Shown here: one piece after another, positions 49,226-59,528 of the stretch
Layout of the letters: every line of letters starts with the position of its first letter
Numbering within the stretch: position 1 is the stretch's first letter
Made by a program: the position numbers and the translations under genes
The notes under the pieces: model-generated
The model's database searches: none
The model's input: only the letters and a program-made list of their open reading frames with translations
What the model was told of the DNA's origin: nothing
Assembly (NCBI GenBank): GCA_031269795.1
Contig: JAISYR010000021.1
Location: 3,818 to 67,817, forward strand
DNA from: Puniceicoccales bacterium
Lineage (GTDB): Bacteria > Verrucomicrobiota > Verrucomicrobiia > Opitutales > JAIRKQ01
Length of the DNA: 64,000 nucleotides
Direction: 5' to 3'

Positions 49226-49621
49226 GTGGCAAAGAAAATTTTTGGTCGTAGAATTCGCAATTTGATTGCCGCATTCCGTGGGTTGCCACCGGAGGAAGGT
49301 ATCTCATGTTTGAAGAAAGCTAAACCCATCGGCGGGTCCATATCCATCCTATTGAAAAAGTTCAACGTGGCAAAAATAACGCCCCAGCAAATCATCCATC
49401 AAAATTGGCCATCCATCGTGGGGGAAGCCATGGCCAAACGTTGTTGTCCTGTAAAAATTTTGAATAATGATACCCTAATCATTCACAGCTTTGATGCAAT
49501 AATTCGTTCCGAATTGCAAATTCAAAAGCTAAAAATTTTAGACAACCTACACAAATTCCCTAATTGCGCACAAATTTCCGATATTCGCTTCCTTGCTCAC
49601 AAATCAATGGAGGCAGAGTAG
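49226..49621 (+). CDS. DUF721/DciA family protein
   Basis: IHQNWPSIVGEAMAK.C.P..I....LII.......SEL pattern. Confidence 0.75.
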   Translation: MAKKIFGRRIRNLIAAFRGLPPEEGISCLKKAKPIGGSISILLKKFNVAKITPQQIIHQNWPSIVGEAMAKRCCPVKILNNDTLIIHSFDAIIRSELQIQKLKILDNLHKFPNCAQISDIRFLAHKSMEAE

Positions 49622-49674
49622 CAAAAAATACGCCTCCAAAAGCAGTTCTCACCGTGAGACTAAAACTTTACCGA

Positions 49675-50262
49675 TTATCCAATTTGATAGCGGACAAACC
49701 GGCCAACCTTGATATTTTCGCCTATGGTGGCTACGGATTGGGCAATGTATGCTCCCACTGAAATTTCTTGGGCCTTTATGAATGGTTGATCCAACAAACA
49801 TACCTCACTATGCCATTTGGCCAATTTCCCAGAGATAATTTTCTCCATGGCATTGGCTGGTTTACCAGCACACTGTTCAGCTGCAATGGAACGTTCCCTT
49901 GCTTCAATTTCCGGAGGAATATCATTAGCCGCAACATAGATGGGCGACATTGCTGCAATGTGCATGCAAATATCCTTTGCGAGCTGCTGAAATGTTTCGT
50001 TCTTTGCAACAAAATCAGTTTCACAGTTAAGTTCCAGTAAAACCCCTATGCGGCCGCCACTGTGAATGTAGGATTGAACAATCCCTTCCGCAACTTCCCT
50101 TCCTGACTTTTTAGCGGCATTTATAATACCGCGCTTTTTTAGGAGGACTATCGCTTCTTCCATATCTCCTTGGGTCTCCACCAAGGCTTTTTTGCACTCC
50201 ATCATACCTGCGCCGGATCGTAGGCGTAGGTCATTTACCATTTTCGCACTAATCTCTGCCAT
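49675..50262 (-). CDS. tsf: Elongation factor Ts (short form)
   Basis: LR.RSGAGMMECKKAL, ELNCETDFVA, LLDQPFIK, RFVRYQIG. Confidence 0.96.
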   Translation of the reverse strand: MAEISAKMVNDLRLRSGAGMMECKKALVETQGDMEEAIVLLKKRGIINAAKKSGREVAEGIVQSYIHSGGRIGVLLELNCETDFVAKNETFQQLAKDICMHIAAMSPIYVAANDIPPEIEARERSIAAEQCAGKPANAMEKIISGKLAKWHSEVCLLDQPFIKAQEISVGAYIAQSVATIGENIKVGRFVRYQIG

Positions 50263-50273
50263 ACAAATCTCCC

Positions 50274-51107
50274 TTAATTTATATCTTTGTTGTCAACTTC
50301 CGGTGCCTCTGTTAATAAATTCGTCGATATTTCGTCGACGATTTCCTTCGACATGGAAACTTCGGGAACAATCTTTATCATATCATCCGTAGACAATAAT
50401 TTTTTCCTCGATGATCTACGTTCTCCCCTGATTGCAATACCTTCTTGAACACCTTCCAGGAACACCCCCAATATCATCCTTATTGCTTTGGCAGAATCAT
50501 CGTTGCACATGATTGGGTAATCAACGAGGGTAGGGTCCGAATTTGTATCAACAATGGCAAATACGGGAACACCAACCTTTTTTGCTTCCGCTACAGCAAT
50601 ATGTTCGTGCATTATATCGGCAATAAATAGGGCTGCCGGGGGTTCTTCAATCTGCATCAATCCCTCAAAACTAGCGTGCATACGGTTCATTTTACGTCGA
50701 ACGGCCGCCCCTTCCTTTTTATGCATCTTGGCCAATTCACCGCTTTCTTCCATTGTCAAAAATTTTTTATATTTGTTTAAGCTGCATTCTATCGTTTGAA
50801 AATTCGTCAGGGTGCCTCCCAACCACCGATTTACACAAAATGGCATATCCACGGAAGTTGCTCCCTCTTTTGTAATATCTCGTGCCTGTTTCTTGGTTCC
50901 AACGAACCAAATGTCACCTCCACCGGCAACGATATTTTTGGCCACTTCACATGCTTTTTCTATTTGCTCACACGTCTTTACAAGATTGATAATTGTTATC
51001 CCATTACGATGGTCAAAGATATATGGGCGGGTTTTGGGGTTCCAACGCTTTTTTTGGTGTCCAACGTGAACACCTGCTTCAAACAATTCTTCCGCTGAAG
51101 TTCTCAT
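50274..51107 (-). CDS. rpsB: 30S ribosomal protein S2
   Basis: EAGVHVGHQ..RWNPK, FVGTKKQA, RWLGGTLTNF, DTNSDP, NDDS. Confidence 0.97.
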   Translation of the reverse strand: MRTSAEELFEAGVHVGHQKKRWNPKTRPYIFDHRNGITIINLVKTCEQIEKACEVAKNIVAGGGDIWFVGTKKQARDITKEGATSVDMPFCVNRWLGGTLTNFQTIECSLNKYKKFLTMEESGELAKMHKKEGAAVRRKMNRMHASFEGLMQIEEPPAALFIADIMHEHIAVAEAKKVGVPVFAIVDTNSDPTLVDYPIMCNDDSAKAIRMILGVFLEGVQEGIAIRGERRSSRKKLLSTDDMIKIVPEVSMSKEIVDEISTNLLTEAPEVDNKDIN

Positions 51108-51238
51108 ACTTTTCTCCGTTTAGCTAGACTACGAACCATCCGCACATCTAACCATTATTAGATATCTGATTAATTTAACCTGGACGCTGTATATAAAATC
51201 GACATTGACAAGAACTTTTTAACAATCCAGAAAAATTT

Positions 51239-52228
51239 ATGATAATCGGCATAGAAAGTTCGTGCGATGAATCAGCCGTCGCCTTGTTCGATGAAAAGAT
51301 TGGTGTCGTCTTTGAAAAAATTTCATCCCAGGTAAAATTGCATGCCGAATACGGTGGTGTTGTTCCCGAACTCGCTTCCCGGGAACACGTTAAAAATTTC
51401 GTTCCACTGCTCAAAGATTTGAAAAAGTTTGGAGTAGCGGGGGCAAAATTAATTGCCGTAACCAAGGAACCTGGGCTTCCGGGATGTCTAAACATTGGTC
51501 TGGCGGTGGCGAGAGCATTGGCCCTTATTCTGTGCCTGCCGGTTAGGGAAGTTAATCATTTACACGGACACCTGTTTTCCCCATTTATACCTGTCCATGC
51601 CAAAGATCCACAATCGTTTTTCTCTAATTTGGAGGAATATTTTCCTCACCTCGGACTATTGGTCTCGGGAGGTAATACGGTTTTGTTCGAAATATCAAAA
51701 AATTTTACCATGGCAACGGTCGCAGAAACCCAAGACGATGCCGCGGGAGAAGCCTTCGACAAAGGGGCAAGGCTGCTGGGACTGCCATACCCAGGTGGAA
51801 ATTTGATCGAAAAATTGGCAAGCTCTGGAAACCCCAAAAAATACCAATTTCCCCGTGCATTTTCGAGTAAATCGGATATGAAGTTTAGCTTTTCAGGATT
51901 GAAAACGAGTCTGAGGTATTTCCTGGAAAAGTTCGAAGGAAGTTTTGTTCCCCACATCAATGATATCTGTGCTTCATACCAGGAAGCTATCGTCGATATG
52001 CTGGCAACCAAGGTTTCCCATGCCCTCGAGAAACATTCCTGTAAAAGCATTGGCATCAGTGGAGGTGTTTCAAACAACGATAGACTACGAAAAAGAATAT
52101 TAACCCTTGCAACAAAATTTAACAAAAAACTTGTCCTTCCCCTATGCCATCATCGGGCTGACAACGCAGCCATGATTGCATTTGCAACGTACATCGGCGA
52201 TAATTTTTCAAGCAGTCGCCGGCGATAA
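51239..52228 (+). CDS. tsaD: tRNA t6A threonylcarbamoyltransferase
   Basis: GIESSCDE, H..YGGVVPELASREH, VNHLHGH, DDAAGEAFDK, FSFSGLKT, DNAAMIA. Confidence 0.96.
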   Translation: MIIGIESSCDESAVALFDEKIGVVFEKISSQVKLHAEYGGVVPELASREHVKNFVPLLKDLKKFGVAGAKLIAVTKEPGLPGCLNIGLAVARALALILCLPVREVNHLHGHLFSPFIPVHAKDPQSFFSNLEEYFPHLGLLVSGGNTVLFEISKNFTMATVAETQDDAAGEAFDKGARLLGLPYPGGNLIEKLASSGNPKKYQFPRAFSSKSDMKFSFSGLKTSLRYFLEKFEGSFVPHINDICASYQEAIVDMLATKVSHALEKHSCKSIGISGGVSNNDRLRKRILTLATKFNKKLVLPLCHHRADNAAMIAFATYIGDNFSSSRRR

Positions 52229-52238
52229 TTTTTTAAAC

Positions 52239-53408
52239 CTACTTTAACCTGGCAAAACTTGGTAATCCATTTTCATAGGTACACTTGACCTCTCCGGCAA
52301 TTAACGGCATTGCGTATTTGAAAAATGAAACATCCAATGCCATGTTATCATAAATATACCATGATTCTGGGAATTCTTTTTTCCTATCGGAAATATTCTC
52401 AAAATCTACGCAATTTGCTTCTGCGGAATACTTGGTTCCGTCGGTGCGCAACAGCGTGATCATTTTGCCACTTATTCCACCGGTGATGGCAAGGTCCAAC
52501 GCTTTTTGGACGCATAATTCAGATTCTATGACATCTATTTCCGATAGGGTCATGCAGGTTGTCAATTCCCAGTCGTGCAAAGAAATTAAATCTACCTGTA
52601 CGTCGAAATTAGCGTGGGAAATAAATTTTATGTACTCTGCTGCATCGTGCTGGGGAGCAGAATTTTCTTTCTTAGAATACATCAATTTGTCTCCGAGAAC
52701 AATTACACAATTCCCAACGTTGCGTATTGTTTGGTGAACGTTCTTCACAAATGTCCCTTCGTCAAAATTTGAAAGAATGAGCAGATGTGGAGCATCGGTA
52801 CTATCTTTGCGTAATCGAGCCAGTGCCAAGCTACTAACCAGCCACTCGTCATCACATCCCTTTAATTCTAGTATGGTTATTGCTCCACTCGTTTGCGTGG
52901 ATTGAACATTGGTGATGATACTTTTAGTCATTAGGGCCAAATGCTTTGCCATGGAACCGTACCCCAGGCAGTGGTCTGTCAGCTGTAGCCTATTGTGATC
53001 GGATGTGGGAATAAGCATAATACGTATGTCATACCTGCTTTCCTGGACAAATTTATTGAGCTCTTTACAGATGCCAATGGATGACTCATCGCCTATGATA
53101 AATAGGTAACGAATGTTATTTTTTTGTAAAACTTCTATTATTTTTGTTACTTCCGTGTTGTCGCAATGGATAGATTTCAGTGCTGCCCCCGGGGTCCCGA
53201 TTAGATTGGCTATATTTTTTTGTTGTTGCCCAGCCAAATCGACAAACTGTTCATTCAACAGCTTGGAAATACCTCCGATGCATCCATAAATTTCTTCGAC
53301 ACAGTCGAAATTCAATGCCTTTTTGATTAGTGCAGCCAAAATTACATTTGTAACTGCCGTTGGTTTCCCAATCTGCAAAATCAAAATGCTCCCATGTAAT
53401 TCTTCCAT
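52239..53408 (-). CDS. PPi/ATP-phosphofructokinase-like protein with degenerate active site
   Basis: PFK scaffold (PTAV.N, TPGAAL, IRYLFIIG, TDHCLGYGS, DAPHL) with every catalytic motif altered; ATG at 53408 preferred. Confidence 0.82.
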   Translation of the reverse strand: MEELHGSILILQIGKPTAVTNVILAALIKKALNFDCVEEIYGCIGGISKLLNEQFVDLAGQQQKNIANLIGTPGAALKSIHCDNTEVTKIIEVLQKNNIRYLFIIGDESSIGICKELNKFVQESRYDIRIMLIPTSDHNRLQLTDHCLGYGSMAKHLALMTKSIITNVQSTQTSGAITILELKGCDDEWLVSSLALARLRKDSTDAPHLLILSNFDEGTFVKNVHQTIRNVGNCVIVLGDKLMYSKKENSAPQHDAAEYIKFISHANFDVQVDLISLHDWELTTCMTLSEIDVIESELCVQKALDLAITGGISGKMITLLRTDGTKYSAEANCVDFENISDRKKEFPESWYIYDNMALDVSFFKYAMPLIAGEVKCTYENGLPSFARLK

Positions 53409-53639
53409 AAAACTCAAATTTTTTCCAAAACCTGTTGCTAAAACCAAAATAGGCAATCATTTTTTGAATTTTGTAGAGTTAAAATTTTACAAAAGTCTAA
53501 ATCCGAGATTTTCGGTAGACGAAATCCCACTGCTAACGGTCGGAAAGCTTTCTCGCACCTATCCGCCTGGCATACCCTTTTTGACCCTTTGTTTTGTCCC
53601 TCTGATCGCCTGCCAGGCATTATTTGTGCGGCTAATACT

Positions 53640-53713
53640 TGGAGGCGCGAATCGGAATCGAACCGATGATAAAGGTTTTGCAGACCTCGGCCTTACCACT
53701 TGGCTATCGCGCC
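53640..53713 (-). tRNA. tRNA-Cys(GCA)
   Basis: GGCGCGA TA GCCAAGTGGTAAGGC C GAGGT CTGCAAA ACCTT TATC ATCGG TTCGATT CCGAT TCGCGCC T CCA folds as a full cloverleaf. Confidence 0.97.
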
Positions 53714-53795
53714 CTCTAAATGCAAGCTCAAGCAACAAAATCGCCATACTTTTACAAGAGAAAAAGTTGTCCATGTAATATTTTATTTGGATTAT

Positions 53796-54428
53796 CTATT
53801 CCATAATTTCCTCGGAAATTTTGTGGATCACGTCGACAAATTCTGGCCTTAGATCGATGTTGCTTACATCTTTCAGCAGGGAATCCAATTGCTCAGGCTT
53901 CCGTTCATTTTTCAGCATATTTGCTAGGACATAGGCTGCATTTCCCCTGAAAACTCCATCGAATTTTCCGTTATAAATTACGGAATTTAAAAGTTTTTCA
54001 GCACCTGCGGCGTTATTTGATTTGTATTCCGCCATGGCCTGACCGATCACGGCACGCGGAAATAATGGGTGATGTTTCAAAATTGCTCCAGCATTTTCAT
54101 ATGCTGACCTGGCAGATTCGTATTCCAAGCTTTCCAAATGGTCATCGCCGAGGAGCAATGATACTGCTCCTGCCAATGGGTACTTTTTATATTTTTTGAC
54201 GAAAAGTATCCTATCTTCTTTGGTTACAAGGGAAGTGTATGCCCTTTCCATATTGGCAATTTCATGGTTTGACCATAGTTTTTGAAGGCAAAACGTCACT
54301 GCAATCGCAACCACAGTCGCCGTGATAACTAAAATCGTTCGGGAGTTTTTTTGAAAAAATAACCACATTCGATCGCTCAATTCCGCCGATTGAAACGCTT
54401 CGCCTAGGCCATTATCGTTGTTTTTCAT
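53796..54428 (-). CDS. YfgM-like membrane-anchored TPR protein
   Basis: WLFFQKNSRTIL + single TM + KY..YPLA + TPR-like helices; start reset to the ATG at 54428 to avoid overlap with rsmE. Confidence 0.72.
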   Translation of the reverse strand: MKNNDNGLGEAFQSAELSDRMWLFFQKNSRTILVITATVVAIAVTFCLQKLWSNHEIANMERAYTSLVTKEDRILFVKKYKKYPLAGAVSLLLGDDHLESLEYESARSAYENAGAILKHHPLFPRAVIGQAMAEYKSNNAAGAEKLLNSVIYNGKFDGVFRGNAAYVLANMLKNERKPEQLDSLLKDVSNIDLRPEFVDVIHKISEEIME

Positions 54429-54452
54429 GGTGCGTATCTGCAAATTGTTGAA

Positions 54453-55217
54453 GTGAGCAAAATATTTCGCACAAACTTGGCAAATAAAATATTTATGCAT
54501 AAATGTTTCCATGGATATGATGTGGAAGTTGGGATATTGGAACTTTCTCAATCCGAAAGCCACCACCTGTGTAATGTTGTGCGTGCACGAATTGGGTCGT
54601 CGGTTACTGTGTTGAACGGCAAGGGATTCCATGCCTATGGCACACTAACTGTAGCGGATGGGAAATGTGCACAAATTAGGATTGAAAGCATAGGCAAGTT
54701 TGAACACCCCACCCATCCGGTAACTCTTCTGCAGGCTGTGCTAAAAAACAGCAACAATGATTACATTGTGCGTGAAGCAACGGCAATAGGAGTGGCGGAA
54801 ATAATATTTTTTGAGACGCAAAATACGGAATGTAAACTAAGGGGGAAAATAGATAATAAATTGCTCCGTTGGAAGCAGACCGCAATTGAAGCGTGCAAAC
54901 AATCCGGGAACCCATTTCTTCCAAAAATTTCATATTTTGAAAAGCTCGAATCCATCAATTTGTTGTCCTTTGGCCTAAAACTTTTCGGCGGATTGAAAGA
55001 AAATGCTCAACGGATCAAAAATGTCCTTTTATTCCATCCTTCGAAGTCGAATATTTGCATAGCCATAGGTCCGGAAGGGGACTTTTCCCCATCCGAATAT
55101 GCTTACCTAACACAGAATGATTTCATCGAATGTAGGCTGACACGCCATAACGTCCTGCGATCGGAAACTGCTGCCATATATGCCCTAAGCATTTTAGATC
55201 AACTCACCAATTTCTGA
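54453..55217 (+). CDS. rsmE: 16S rRNA m3U1498 methyltransferase
   Basis: HHLCNVVR, ATAIGV, EACKQSG, IGPEGDFS, VLRSETA. Confidence 0.93.
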   Translation: MSKIFRTNLANKIFMHKCFHGYDVEVGILELSQSESHHLCNVVRARIGSSVTVLNGKGFHAYGTLTVADGKCAQIRIESIGKFEHPTHPVTLLQAVLKNSNNDYIVREATAIGVAEIIFFETQNTECKLRGKIDNKLLRWKQTAIEACKQSGNPFLPKISYFEKLESINLLSFGLKLFGGLKENAQRIKNVLLFHPSKSNICIAIGPEGDFSPSEYAYLTQNDFIECRLTRHNVLRSETAAIYALSILDQLTNF

Positions 55218-55240
55218 CATTCAACATACGCCACCGGGGT

Positions 55241-55609
55241 TTATTTTCTTTTACTATCAGTTTCTGTTTCAGATGGCGGAGGAATTTCTAAGTTCCATTC
55301 GGACAGCTTTTCAATTCTATCGTTAGTTAGAGCCAATAGAAAACGTTTGCCATAATGTTCGATGACCGTCAGATATTTCCTGCCACTTAGAATGCGTATG
55401 GCGACGACTTTAATTTCATCGTGGCTAGCCTTTTGGGAATTTCTATGGTTACAAAAATAGCCACGCCTGTGAAATTGAATGAAAAAATAGCCACCCAAGG
55501 CTAGCAAAGATAGAAATATGGCAGTGCGCACCACCATCGATGCGATGCTTATTTGGGCAGGCGTAGCCAACGCTTCCCCCAGAATTAATGTTGTGGGCAA
55601 GTTACACAT
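55241..55609 (-). CDS. FliO-like single-pass membrane protein
   Basis: One TM then IKVVAIRILSGRKYLTVIEHYGKRFLLALT..I..LSE, matching the FliO beta-rich pattern. Confidence 0.65.
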   Translation of the reverse strand: MCNLPTTLILGEALATPAQISIASMVVRTAIFLSLLALGGYFFIQFHRRGYFCNHRNSQKASHDEIKVVAIRILSGRKYLTVIEHYGKRFLLALTNDRIEKLSEWNLEIPPPSETETDSKRK

Positions 55610-55643
55610 GATATCCTTTTATATTGCAATTAACCGTAGAACA

Positions 55644-56051
55644 TCATTGCTTTTGTACGGCATATGATCCTGAGCCGATAAACATAAACCCATACATTAG
55701 GGCTGACAACATTGCGAGATGGGCTACTTCCCCGGTCAGATTGTTACCCGCATGGTACTTGAATGCTGCTTCAAATAGGAAAAATGTTCCAAATAAAAAT
55801 GTGCTTGTTTTAAAAAATGCTCCAAGGGCTATGGTTATGCCACATACAATATGGCATATGGCAATTACCCCTCCCAGGTACAGTGGCCAAAATGTGATAC
55901 CAACTATGCTTAAAAATTTCCCCAACATAGCCAGAGAGGATTGCCCCTCTATGAGAAACATAACACCTTTGGCCGCTAAGACTATGCCCAAAACTAGCCG
56001 AATAAATAATTTACCAAAATTTTCCCTATTAAAAAGTAAACCACTCATCAC
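55644..56051 (-). CDS. DoxX family membrane protein
   Basis: LFIRLVLGIVL..KG, ..GITIALG.F, four TM helices. Confidence 0.75.
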   Translation of the reverse strand: MMSGLLFNRENFGKLFIRLVLGIVLAAKGVMFLIEGQSSLAMLGKFLSIVGITFWPLYLGGVIAICHIVCGITIALGAFFKTSTFLFGTFFLFEAAFKYHAGNNLTGEVAHLAMLSALMYGFMFIGSGSYAVQKQ

Positions 56052-56134
56052 GTCTACATTAAATTGTTTTTATTTAAAAGCCATAAAAAAAATGATGCTT
56101 GATTGTTTGATTTTCCATATTATCCATCTTTAGC

Positions 56135-57199
56135 ATGAAAACCGAAGCAAGGGACCCGAGAGATCCGAGCTCACTTGAGCAGGCCATGGCCGCGATAAAT
56201 AAGCAATTCGGGGAAGGCTCCATTATGAAGCTGGGAAACGCGAAAAAAATGGACGTTTCCGTTATCTCTACGGGATCTCTTGCCCTCGATTTAGCACTCG
56301 GGGTGGGAGGACTTCCCAGGGGCAGGATTTGTGAAATCTTTGGTCCGGAATCTTCGGGTAAAACGACATTTTGCCTGAGTCTCATAGCGGAGGCGCAAAG
56401 GGGAGGTGGAAATGCCGTGTTCATCGATGTGGAACATGCGCTCGACCCAAGATACGCTAAGGTCGTAGGGGTTGATTTGGACAGCCTTATGGTGGCACAA
56501 CCTGAAAATGGTGAGGATGCGTTAAATATAACGGAAACACTGATTCGGTCTGGAGCCGTCGACGTCGTCGTTGTCGATTCCGTCGCTGCCCTAATAAGCA
56601 AAGCAGAACTCGATGGCCAAATGGGAGACATAACGATTGGATCCCAAGCCAGAATGATGAGTCAAGCTATGCGGCGATTGACATCCGCCATTAGCAAGTC
56701 CAAATGTGTGTGCATATTTACAAATCAGATTCGAGAAAAAATTGGGGTAATGTTTGGTAATCCGGAAACAACACCGGGGGGCAGAGCATTAAAATTTTTT
56801 GCTTCCGTTAGGCTCGATATTCGTAGGACGGGGCAAATAAAAGAGAGTTCTGGAAAAGTTACGGGGAACAGAACACGGGTAAAAATTGTAAAAAATAAAG
56901 TGGCTGCCCCGTTTACCGAATGTGAATTCGACATAATGTTCGACGAAGGGATTTCCAAAACCGGTTCGATCATAGACCTAGGCCTTGAGCATAAAATTTT
57001 AGAAAAGAAGGGCGCTTGGATCGCCCACAAGGGTAAACTCATTGGCCAGGGCCGCGAAGCTGCCAAGCAATATCTTAAAAACAATCCCGACACGGCAAAA
57101 TCATTGGAAGAAGAAATTAAGAAAATTGTTCACGTTTCCGGAGGAACGGTTCTAGCAGAAAATGTGGATGAAGATATGAATATGAATACGCCAAACTGA
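56135..57199 (+). CDS. recA: Recombinase A
   Basis: [55 protein letters not shown]. Confidence 0.98.
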   Translation: MKTEARDPRDPSSLEQAMAAINKQFGEGSIMKLGNAKKMDVSVISTGSLALDLALGVGGLPRGRICEIFGPESSGKTTFCLSLIAEAQRGGGNAVFIDVEHALDPRYAKVVGVDLDSLMVAQPENGEDALNITETLIRSGAVDVVVVDSVAALISKAELDGQMGDITIGSQARMMSQAMRRLTSAISKSKCVCIFTNQIREKIGVMFGNPETTPGGRALKFFASVRLDIRRTGQIKESSGKVTGNRTRVKIVKNKVAAPFTECEFDIMFDEGISKTGSIIDLGLEHKILEKKGAWIAHKGKLIGQGREAAKQYLKNNPDTAKSLEEEIKKIVHVSGGTVLAENVDEDMNMNTPN

Positions 57200-57285
57200 T
57201 CCACATTGATCGTAAATGGGAGACCATCATCATATCTGCTTTACAAAATATGTTCTTTTGTCAATTTTGTGAGCCATAGAACTCC

Positions 57286-59088
57286 ATGGATCCGGTAAAC
57301 AAAATAAGGAATTTTTGCATTATTGCACACGTTGACCATGGGAAAACCACCCTCTCTGACCGGTTGCTGGAACATACGAATACGGTTGTTAGGCGGGAGA
57401 TGCAAGATCAATTGCTGGATTCCATGGATTTGGAACGTGAGCGGGGCATAACGATTAAAAATCACCCGGTTTCAATGAGATATGATCACCCGACCAAGGG
57501 GAACTTTCTGTTAAACCTGAATGATACGCCCGGCCATGTGGATTTTTCCTATGAGGTTTCGAGAAGTTTGGCAGCCTGTGAAGGTGCCTTGCTATTGGTC
57601 GACGCATCCCAGGGTATTGAGGCACAAACCGTGGCCAATGCAAATCTAGCGATGGCCCATGGATTAACCATCATTCCGGTGATTAACAAGATAGATCTTC
57701 CGGGAGCACACGTGGAAGATGTTTTGCGCCAGCTGGAAGATGTTTTAGCCATTCCTAGGGAGGAAGCGCTTTTGGCAAGTGCGAAATCGGATATTGGCAT
57801 CGACGACATCCTAAATGCAATAGTCGATAGAATTCCGGCTCCTCCGGTACAAAAGGTTTTCCAAGCCCGTGCACTGATCTTTGATTCCATCTTCGATCCA
57901 TACAAGGGAGTAATTTGCCATGTTAGAATATTTTCAGGATCTTTAAAAGTAGGCGATACCATTTACATGATGCGTACCGGGATGAGTAACGTAATTAAAG
58001 AGGTCGGATGTTTTTGTCCCAAAATGCGCCCGATGGATATTCTCAGCGAAGGGCAGATAGGGTATATCATCGCTAACATCAGGAATGTTTCGGAAGTTAA
58101 AATTGGTGACACCATAACGCTGGCAAGTGATCCAGCCGATGAGATGCTCCCCGGCTACAAAGACGTTCGTCCGATGGTATTTAGTGGCATATATCCCATC
58201 GATACCAATGATTTTGAAAAATTAAAATCCAGCCTGGCAAAGTTGCAACTGAATGATGCTTCCCTTGTCTATCAATCGGAAAGTTCTATCGCCTTAGGGT
58301 TTGGATTTCGCTGTGGTTTTCTCGGACTGCTGCACATGGACATCATCCAGGAACGTCTGCGGCGCGAATATGATTTGGACATCATTTCTACCTACCCAAG
58401 TGTCGTCTATGGGGTAAAACTGACGGATGGCAGTTGGATGGAGGTTGATAATCCCTTAAAATTGCCTGATCCATCGCATATTTCCGAAATTCATGAACCA
58501 ACCATATGCGCAAAGATTCACATCCCCAATGCCTCGATCGGGGATATTCTCGCGTTAATCACCGAGAAACGTGGAGAATGCAATGGGACCGAAACATTGG
58601 ATGCCAACAAGGTGATTCTATCCTGCAATCTCCCTCTGAATGAAATTTTGATAGATTTTAACGATAGGCTAAAAAGTATTACACGGGGCTATGGTTCCAT
58701 GGATTACGACTTCGGAGAATATATCCAATCCGACCTTGTGCGCCTAGACATCCTTGTCAATGGGGATTCGGTCGATGCTTTTTCATCAATTGTTCACCGT
58801 GCGAAGGCAACATCCCGGGGTCGTGAAATGTGTGAAAAATTAAAGGAACTATTACCCCGCCAGCTTTTCAAAGTGGCGATACAAGCCGCCATTGGGGGTA
58901 ATGTTGTTGCTCGAGAAACGCTTGGGGCTCTACGTAAGGACGTCACGGCCAAATGCTATGGCGGTGACATTTCTCGGAAAAGAAAATTGCTCGATAAGCA
59001 GAAGGAAGGTAAGAAAAGAATGAAACAGATTGGCAAGGTTTCAATTCCTCAAGACGCCTTCCTAAAGATCTTGAAGGCGTCACAATAA
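57286..59088 (+). CDS. lepA: Translation elongation factor 4
   Basis: IRNFCIIAHVDHGKTTLSDR, DTPGHVDFSYEVSRSL, GFRCGFLGLLH, KCYGGDISRKRKLL. Confidence 0.98.
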   Translation: MDPVNKIRNFCIIAHVDHGKTTLSDRLLEHTNTVVRREMQDQLLDSMDLERERGITIKNHPVSMRYDHPTKGNFLLNLNDTPGHVDFSYEVSRSLAACEGALLLVDASQGIEAQTVANANLAMAHGLTIIPVINKIDLPGAHVEDVLRQLEDVLAIPREEALLASAKSDIGIDDILNAIVDRIPAPPVQKVFQARALIFDSIFDPYKGVICHVRIFSGSLKVGDTIYMMRTGMSNVIKEVGCFCPKMRPMDILSEGQIGYIIANIRNVSEVKIGDTITLASDPADEMLPGYKDVRPMVFSGIYPIDTNDFEKLKSSLAKLQLNDASLVYQSESSIALGFGFRCGFLGLLHMDIIQERLRREYDLDIISTYPSVVYGVKLTDGSWMEVDNPLKLPDPSHISEIHEPTICAKIHIPNASIGDILALITEKRGECNGTETLDANKVILSCNLPLNEILIDFNDRLKSITRGYGSMDYDFGEYIQSDLVRLDILVNGDSVDAFSSIVHRAKATSRGREMCEKLKELLPRQLFKVAIQAAIGGNVVARETLGALRKDVTAKCYGGDISRKRKLLDKQKEGKKRMKQIGKVSIPQDAFLKILKASQ

Positions 59089-59129
59089 TACATTTACATA
59101 AACGTGCAAGTTGTAAAATCATAGATAAC

Positions 59130-59528
59130 TTATTTTTTCATCCAGTCGACGATCTTTGATTCTGCAAGTTTCCACAATACACCGGCTCCACCAGCTATGG
59201 CAGGATATCCTGTAGCTACATTACCTGTCAAAGCGGAATATATGCCAAAGGCGACGGATCCAAGGGCTGCAAGGGTTTCACCCGCTTCTGTGGCGCGCAA
59301 TGTGGTAACTGCCCTGTCTGAAAGGGATTTTTTCTTTTTTACGTTATTCACTTGCAGGCTTACAGTCCCATCGGGGTTTTGGACTTGTACTACGTTTGCG
59401 GTAACCTGTCTGCTTTTTGGAGATTTTCTGACTACGTTCAATAAATTATTGGCTGATTCTGGGCTAATTTGGAGTGCGGCATTAGCCGACCCTACTCTTG
59501 CCGGCGTTTGTGTAATTGGTTCAGACAT
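59130..59528 (-). CDS. Orphan 132-aa protein with polar N-terminus, KKKK patch and C-terminal hydrophobic hairpin
   Basis: Intergenic-filling ATG ORF; LAALGSVAFGIYSALTG..GYPAIAGGAGVLW bilobed hydrophobic stretch. Confidence 0.65.
   Translation of the reverse strand: MSEPITQTPARVGSANAALQISPESANNLLNVVRKSPKSRQVTANVVQVQNPDGTVSLQVNNVKKKKSLSDRAVTTLRATEAGETLAALGSVAFGIYSALTGNVATGYPAIAGGAGVLWKLAESKIVDWMKK

Noticed and set aside
46734-49621. SNF2 ATPase + DUF721 as a defence system
   Set aside because: No nuclease, methylase or other defence partner is adjacent; both look like ordinary chromosomal genes next to obgE and tsf
53560-53625. GCCTGGCA/TGCCAGGC inverted repeat downstream of tRNA-Cys as SRP or other ncRNA
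   Set aside because: It lacks SRP, tmRNA, 6S or RNase P motifs; at most a processing or terminator stem
53323-53778. 151-aa + strand ORF
   Set aside because: It overlaps tRNA-Cys and the pfk-like gene on the opposite strand; shadow ORF
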